The position numbers and the translations under genes were made by a program. A DNA stretch of 64,000 nt from a virus. Lineage: Duplodnaviria > Caudoviricetes. Of this stretch, positions 59,316 through 64,000 are shown in pieces (the stretch's first letter is position 1; each line of letters begins with the position of its first letter). The stretch spans positions 34,758-98,757 of IMG/VR virus record IMGVR_UViG_3300028454_001166; one strand, written 5' to 3'. The notes under the pieces are model-generated. The model was given only the letters and a program-made list of their open reading frames with translations. It had not been told where the DNA came from and searched no databases.

Positions 59316-59594
59316 ATGAGCACGAACGAGCTGATTGCGAAGATCGAGGAGTTGCGGGGCCTTGAGGAACTGGTTAAGGAGGCCGAGCAGGAGATCGAAG
59401 GGATCAAGGATTCCATCAAGCAGCAGATGAACGACGCGCAGATCGAGGAGCTTGAGGCCGGGACGCACATCATTCGGTACACCACGGTGATCAGCGACCG
59501 CTTCGACAGCACCCGGTTCAAGAAGGAGCACGGGGACATGTACCGGGAATACAGCCGGAAGTCCACCAGCAGACGGTTCACGATCAGCGACTGA
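59316..59594 (+). CDS. Hypothetical protein
   Basis: AAGGAGG SD; RFDSTRFKKEH..Y..Y....SRRFTI. Confidence 0.7.
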   Translation: MSTNELIAKIEELRGLEELVKEAEQEIEGIKDSIKQQMNDAQIEELEAGTHIIRYTTVISDRFDSTRFKKEHGDMYREYSRKSTSRRFTISD

Positions 59595-59682
59595 GCCGCA
59601 GAACCACGAGCGAAGCGCCCGCCTTCTACAGGCGGGCGCTGACCCCTACCTCGTCGCCCGCGGGGGAAGAAAGGAGCTAACA

Positions 59683-59970
59683 ATGAAGTACAGCGTTAAG
59701 TTCAGTTGCGGCCATACTGAGACCAAGGAACTGTTCGGAAAGGTTTCCGAACGGGAACGCAGGATTGCTTGGTGGGAGCAGAACGGGATTTGCACCAACT
59801 GCTATCTGGATCAGAAAGCCATCGAGAATGCCATCGGCCACCACGAGGTTGAGATGTTCTACGGCGACTACAAGCGCGACTACGCCAAGTGCAAGACGAA
59901 GCCGGGAAGTTACAACGGCGACACAAAAACGATCATCGTTTTCGTGCCGGATGAAGCGCCCGTCTGCTAA
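59683..59970 (+). CDS. Hypothetical protein
   Basis: FSCGH...LFGK..ER...C.NC. Confidence 0.65.
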   Translation: MKYSVKFSCGHTETKELFGKVSERERRIAWWEQNGICTNCYLDQKAIENAIGHHEVEMFYGDYKRDYAKCKTKPGSYNGDTKTIIVFVPDEAPVC

Positions 59971-60001
59971 AGCGGGCCTAACCTGATTATGGAGGAAGCA
60001 A

Positions 60002-60463
60002 ATGGAGAAAATAGCGAGTTTCAAAATCAACCACGACATGCTGACACGAGGGTTGTACATCTCCCGCGTTGACGGAGATGTCATTACCTACGACCTCCGG
60101 ATGAAACTGCCCAACGGTGAAGACTACCTCGCTCCCGCTGTGGCACACACCCTTGAACACCTTCTTGCCACCTACCTGCGGAACTCGGAGATTGGAAACG
60201 AGGTGGTGTACGTCGGTCCGATGGGGTGCAGGACCGGGTTTTACATATTGTTACGGGACACCGTAAGCCCTGAAGCAGCTATCGTGGAAATCTACACGGC
60301 CCTGTGCGTCGCCGCGAATTACATGGGCGACATCCCCGGAGCGACGAGAGCCGAGTGCGGGAACTACAGGGATCACGACCTCGTGGGGGCGAGAATAGAG
60401 GCCCGTAAGATGCTCCCCATTCTGCGTATGTGGACAAAGGGTCAACTAAAGTACCCCGAATAA
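60002..60463 (+). CDS. luxS: S-ribosylhomocysteine lyase (AI-2 synthase)
   Basis: SFKINH, YDLRM..PN, HTLEH, GPMGCRTGFY, CGNY..HDL; metal ligands and catalytic Cys present. Confidence 0.93.
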   Translation: MEKIASFKINHDMLTRGLYISRVDGDVITYDLRMKLPNGEDYLAPAVAHTLEHLLATYLRNSEIGNEVVYVGPMGCRTGFYILLRDTVSPEAAIVEIYTALCVAANYMGDIPGATRAECGNYRDHDLVGARIEARKMLPILRMWTKGQLKYPE

Positions 60464-60481
60464 AACACACAAGTACGCCGC

Positions 60482-60544
60482 TCTAAGTTTGTGTAGTTTA
60501 TTTTCAGGTATGGGGTTGATATTCTGCAAGAGTAGAGGTAATAT
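60482..60544 (+). promoter_or_regulatory. Repeated promoter, copy 2
   Basis: 59 bp (60482-60540) identical to 62257-62315; TTGATA-N17-TAATAT. Confidence 0.85.
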
Positions 60545-60609
60545 GTGCATGTAAATAAACACCGCCTACGCGCGGGCAAGCCTGACAGGGCAGAAAGAGG
60601 AACCCCACA

Positions 60610-61212
60610 ATGAAGATGGTCGAAATCAAACTTAGAAGCACTACCGCGGAACTTGAAAAGCTCGAAGCACGGGAGGCCAAGGCCGAGGAACGGCTCCAGA
60701 AAGCGATTCACAAGGCTCAGAAGCTGAACGCGGATTTCCCCACGGTCGAGGCTTACAGGGCTTGGATGGACACCGTTGAGACCGACGAGATAGGCTTCAT
60801 AGTAAACAAGGCCGACATTGACCGCAACGGCGCATACCGGGCCATGGGGATGGCACAGGACGATCTGGACGACATAAGAGACCGGATCGCAAAAGCCGAG
60901 GCCCGGGTTGAGAAGGCGCAGGTCGAGGTTGACGCTTACCACACGGAGATGCAGAAGCAGCTCGACCACGAGGCCTTCGAACGGCTGATGGAAGCCGAGT
61001 TCGAGAAGGAACAAAAAGAGTGGGCGAAGGACGGCGTCAAGCTCGAGGGGCGGTACTACGGAGAAACCCCGAAGGGCGAACGCTTCTGGATCGAGGGCAA
61101 CAACGGGTTCACCGAACGGAGCCGCCACTGCTTCACCCTGACGGTTGGAGGCCGGACGATTTTCACGAGCGGCGAATTCTGGAGATGCTACGCCACGATC
61201 AAGAACGCCTGA
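60610..61212 (+). CDS. Hypothetical coiled-coil protein
   Basis: First gene after promoter copy 2. Confidence 0.7.
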   Translation: MKMVEIKLRSTTAELEKLEAREAKAEERLQKAIHKAQKLNADFPTVEAYRAWMDTVETDEIGFIVNKADIDRNGAYRAMGMAQDDLDDIRDRIAKAEARVEKAQVEVDAYHTEMQKQLDHEAFERLMEAEFEKEQKEWAKDGVKLEGRYYGETPKGERFWIEGNNGFTERSRHCFTLTVGGRTIFTSGEFWRCYATIKNA

Positions 61213-61272
61213 CGAAACATAGCCCGCCCCTCCGAGGGCGGGTAAGCCCGGAAGGGCGGAAAGGACATCGAC

Positions 61273-62186
61273 GTGAAATACACACTCGAATACAACGGCA
61301 GGAAGGTCGTCCGCATTGCCGACACCGCACAGGCCGCCGTTGAAAAGCTCTGCGACCAGTATGGCTGGCGCTGCACCCTGAAGCAGTACGACGCCGACAC
61401 CCGCGGCCTTGAGTGGGCCGAATGCGCAGTGGACGCTGACGGCGGCATCAACTGGAACCTGACGATCCTCGCCAGCAGGAAAGAAAACTGAGACCGCCCG
61501 ACCGGGCAGAAAGGAACCATCATGAAAAAATACTATAAGATTGCGGAGTCGCAAGGGCCGTATATCGACCGGCTGAGAGTCAGATATCCCTTCCGGATCC
61601 GCCGCACATCGGAGCCGCAGAACGAAGCCGTACTCGTCGGCATCCAGCCTCTCCTCGAAGGACAAGAGTTCCCGCTCTACCGGTTCCCGGGCGGCGTCTG
61701 CTGTGAAGATCCCTTCGGAAACGGCATCGAAATCATCGAGTGGTAATCCCCCGCTCCTGAACCGTCGAGCGTATCGGCGGTATCCCACCCGGCAACGGGG
61801 AAAATACATCATTTCAAAGGAGAAAGACTATGGAAGGCGATTTCGCAAAAATGCTGAGAGATCTTGAAACTATGGCGAGAAGAATGGAGGGAGAAAACGA
61901 CCCCCAAGCACGCGGTAGAGAAGATACCGTAAAACTGAACCGGGGCCAGTACCGTAAGCTGTTCGGAAAAATGGCCGGAATCGAGGCCAGCAACACCAAC
62001 AAGGAGCACACGGAAATCCGTCTCGGACGCCTCGTGGTATTGGAAAACCTTCTCGGCCACGACAAGTTCGGAGACCTGATGGCCACGCTCGGAACGCTCT
62101 TCGAAGAGTACCTCTTCGGTCTTCCGGGCGGCGAGCCCAGCGAATACCGCGTCACGGAGGATAGCTCTGAAAAAGACGACCGATAA
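61273..62186 (+). other. Three small hypothetical genes (61273-61491, 61522-61746, 61830-62186)
   Basis: Each has an SD, separated by GC-rich hairpins. Confidence 0.65.
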
Positions 62187-62233
62187 GCCGTAAACAACAT
62201 GGCCCCGTGGCAGATCGGGGACCGTTGAACCGT

Positions 62234-62319
62234 AATAAACTACACAAGCGTGGGGTTCTAAGTTTGTGTAGTTTATTTTCAGGTATGGGGTTGATATTCT
62301 GCAAGAGTAGAGGTAGTAT
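62234..62319 (+). promoter_or_regulatory. Repeated promoter, copy 3, with upstream 14-bp inverted repeat
   Basis: AATAAACTACACAA-N16-TTGTGTAGTTTATT, then TTGATA-N17-TAGTAT. Confidence 0.85.
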
Positions 62320-62376
62320 GTTGCTACCGAAAGGGAAAAACCACGAGGCCGGACACCCCGGCAGAAGGAGAACAAC

Positions 62377-64000
62377 ATGGAACGCACCTACAACCGCGAA
62401 CCCTACTACGAGCTTCGGTACCAGATTCCCACAGCGAACGGCGACCTGCGGGAAAAAGCCATCCGCTTCCACGGCAACGAGAAGAAGGCCGAGAACCTCC
62501 GCAAGTGCAAGGAATACGGCTACACGGTAGTCAGCTGCGACAAGCTCTACCCCTTCAGCATGCTCCGCAACGGCCACAACATTGAACTGGCCTACAACAA
62601 CCAGCACATCATCTGCCACGAGATGGAGATGGGCGAGCGGCCTTGGAACGACGAGGCCTTTGATGCCCTTGAGGACATCAGCGAGGTCTACGGACACGCG
62701 ATTGGCAACGCGATCTACTGGTGCAACGGCAAAGAGTACGCGAAGCTCCGCGACTGGAGCGAATGGGCCGAGTGCCACAGAGCCGAGGCGAACGCCCTCG
62801 CAAGGAACGCCTGAAAGGAGGGGCTAAGCCCCTCCATGGAAGATCAAAAGGCCGGGCGACCCGGCAGAAGGAGGACAGCATGAAATTCGAAGCCATCAAC
62901 AAGAAGTTCACCGAGGCCGTGATGGAGTGGCTGGCAAAAGGATACCACATCAACACCGCCTCGATGGGCGGTAGCCAAGGCGAACTCGGAAGAATCGATC
63001 TCACAGACGGCACGGAAGTCATTCGGATCTTTGTAGGATCCTTCACCGAACGGGACAACGGCTTCTTAGAGGGCGTTGAACTGGTGGCCGGGCGGGTTAC
63101 CAGCAAGATAGAACCCGACAGCGACAGCGACTTCTACACCATCTGGAATCAGAATTTGGAAGTCTTCAACCGCGAGAGGTTCTACATAGTCGGCGAAAGA
63201 AGAAGCAACAAGTGGTATGGCAGTAAGGAAGAAGCACGTGCGGCGAGCGAGCTCGCACTCAAAAGGTACTGCGCGAAATTAAACTACACGAGTTGGATGC
63301 TCGGTGCCAAGGCGGGGAAGATTGTGCTCGGTAAGGTTCGCAAGCATCGGGGGTGCTCGAGGGCCAAGGCCTCCGAAATTAGAGTGGAGAAGCGTGTGTA
63401 CGATAACAAGGTCCACTACATAGCACACTACGAAGACAAGAGCTTTCAGTTGGCCTGAGTCAAAGAAGGAGGTTTGAACCATGAACAAAGCAGTGAAGGT
63501 TTTTCTGAAAGGGAGCCCTGAGTACCTGCGGCTCCAGCGGGCGGCGCAGATGTTTACGCGAGCCAGCCCTTTGAGCCGAATGTATTTTGTAGGGAACACT
63601 ACCTACGATCTGTGTCGGAGTTGGGAGTGGACCACGATCTTGTGCGACGGTGGTTTAGGCGCGTATCAGGTCTTAACACCAACCGAACAACAAAGGATTC
63701 TCGATGCCAAAACCGAGGACGAGATTTGGGACGTAATCCACGAGGTCCTCGCTGATCGGTATTGCCCCGATCAGATCAGATGAAAGGAGTCAGACCGTGA
63801 AAAGCACGAAGGCAAACTTCGAACGTGTCATGGCGATCCCGGATGAACAGAAGCGGCTCGCAAAGCTGAAATCCTTTGAATTCGAGAACACCGGATCGAA
63901 CTACTGGTACAAACGCGCACGGGATGAGGTTCAGAAGATTGAAGGGACATACAAAGAGAAGATCTTCTGGCTTCATGGGACGCCCCCGGCTATGAGTTGA
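62377..64000 (+). other. Four small hypothetical genes (62377-62814, 62880-63458, 63481-63783, 63797-64000)
   Basis: Strong SDs, same strand, downstream of promoter copy 3. Confidence 0.65.

Noticed and set aside
60442-61812. 456-aa minus-strand ORF
   Set aside because: It spans several SD-led + strand genes and a promoter repeat; a shadow ORF.
59232-62319. Repeats as a CRISPR array or att sites
   Set aside because: They are spaced by 1.3-1.8 kb of genes and match a -35/-10 promoter; no cas or integrase gene is seen in the window.
1-64000. tRNA/rRNA genes, stop-codon recoding, integrase or terminase
   Set aside because: None recognised by eye. Genes read cleanly in the standard code. Temperate lifestyle cannot be confirmed from this window.

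Overview
The window is about 64 kb of a contractile-tailed (myovirus-like) phage or prophage. Its host is probably a Bacillota/Clostridia-type bacterium, inferred from strong GGAGG Shine-Dalgarno sites, sigmaA-type promoters and an SLH-like amidase. Nearly all real genes are on the + strand. Layout: (1) 1-15.4 kb head module with a portal C-terminus, MuF, DUF2213-type protease/scaffold and major capsid protein, interleaved with a cluster of putative effector genes; (2) 15.5-32 kb neck, sheath, tube, tape measure and baseplate; (3) 32-40 kb a 1994-aa receptor-binding protein with a complete diversity-generating retroelement (VR 38091-38228, TR 38403-38540, RT), with no recognisable avd; (4) 40-43 kb lysis; (5) 43-44.4 kb a putative origin, an antisense-RNA switch and a stand-alone VirE-type C-terminal domain; (6) 44.4-59 kb early/middle genes; (7) 59-64 kb small-gene cassettes behind a triplicated promoter, including luxS. 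The best candidate for an undescribed system is in the head module. Four non-MuF proteins share an N-terminal [FY]xxRRxxRLxxR leader followed by an x-x-D motif that also recurs in the capsid and scaffold proteins. Three of them carry a candidate effector tip (an RNase-like domain, two ADP-ribosyltransferase types), and the portal itself carries Nudix plus a toxin-like tip. Candidate immunity/eraser genes sit in separate promoter-terminator units. Two of those promoters (TTGACT-N14-TGG-TAAYAT) are written inside the effector coding sequence. All product calls come from motif recognition by eye; no database search was run.
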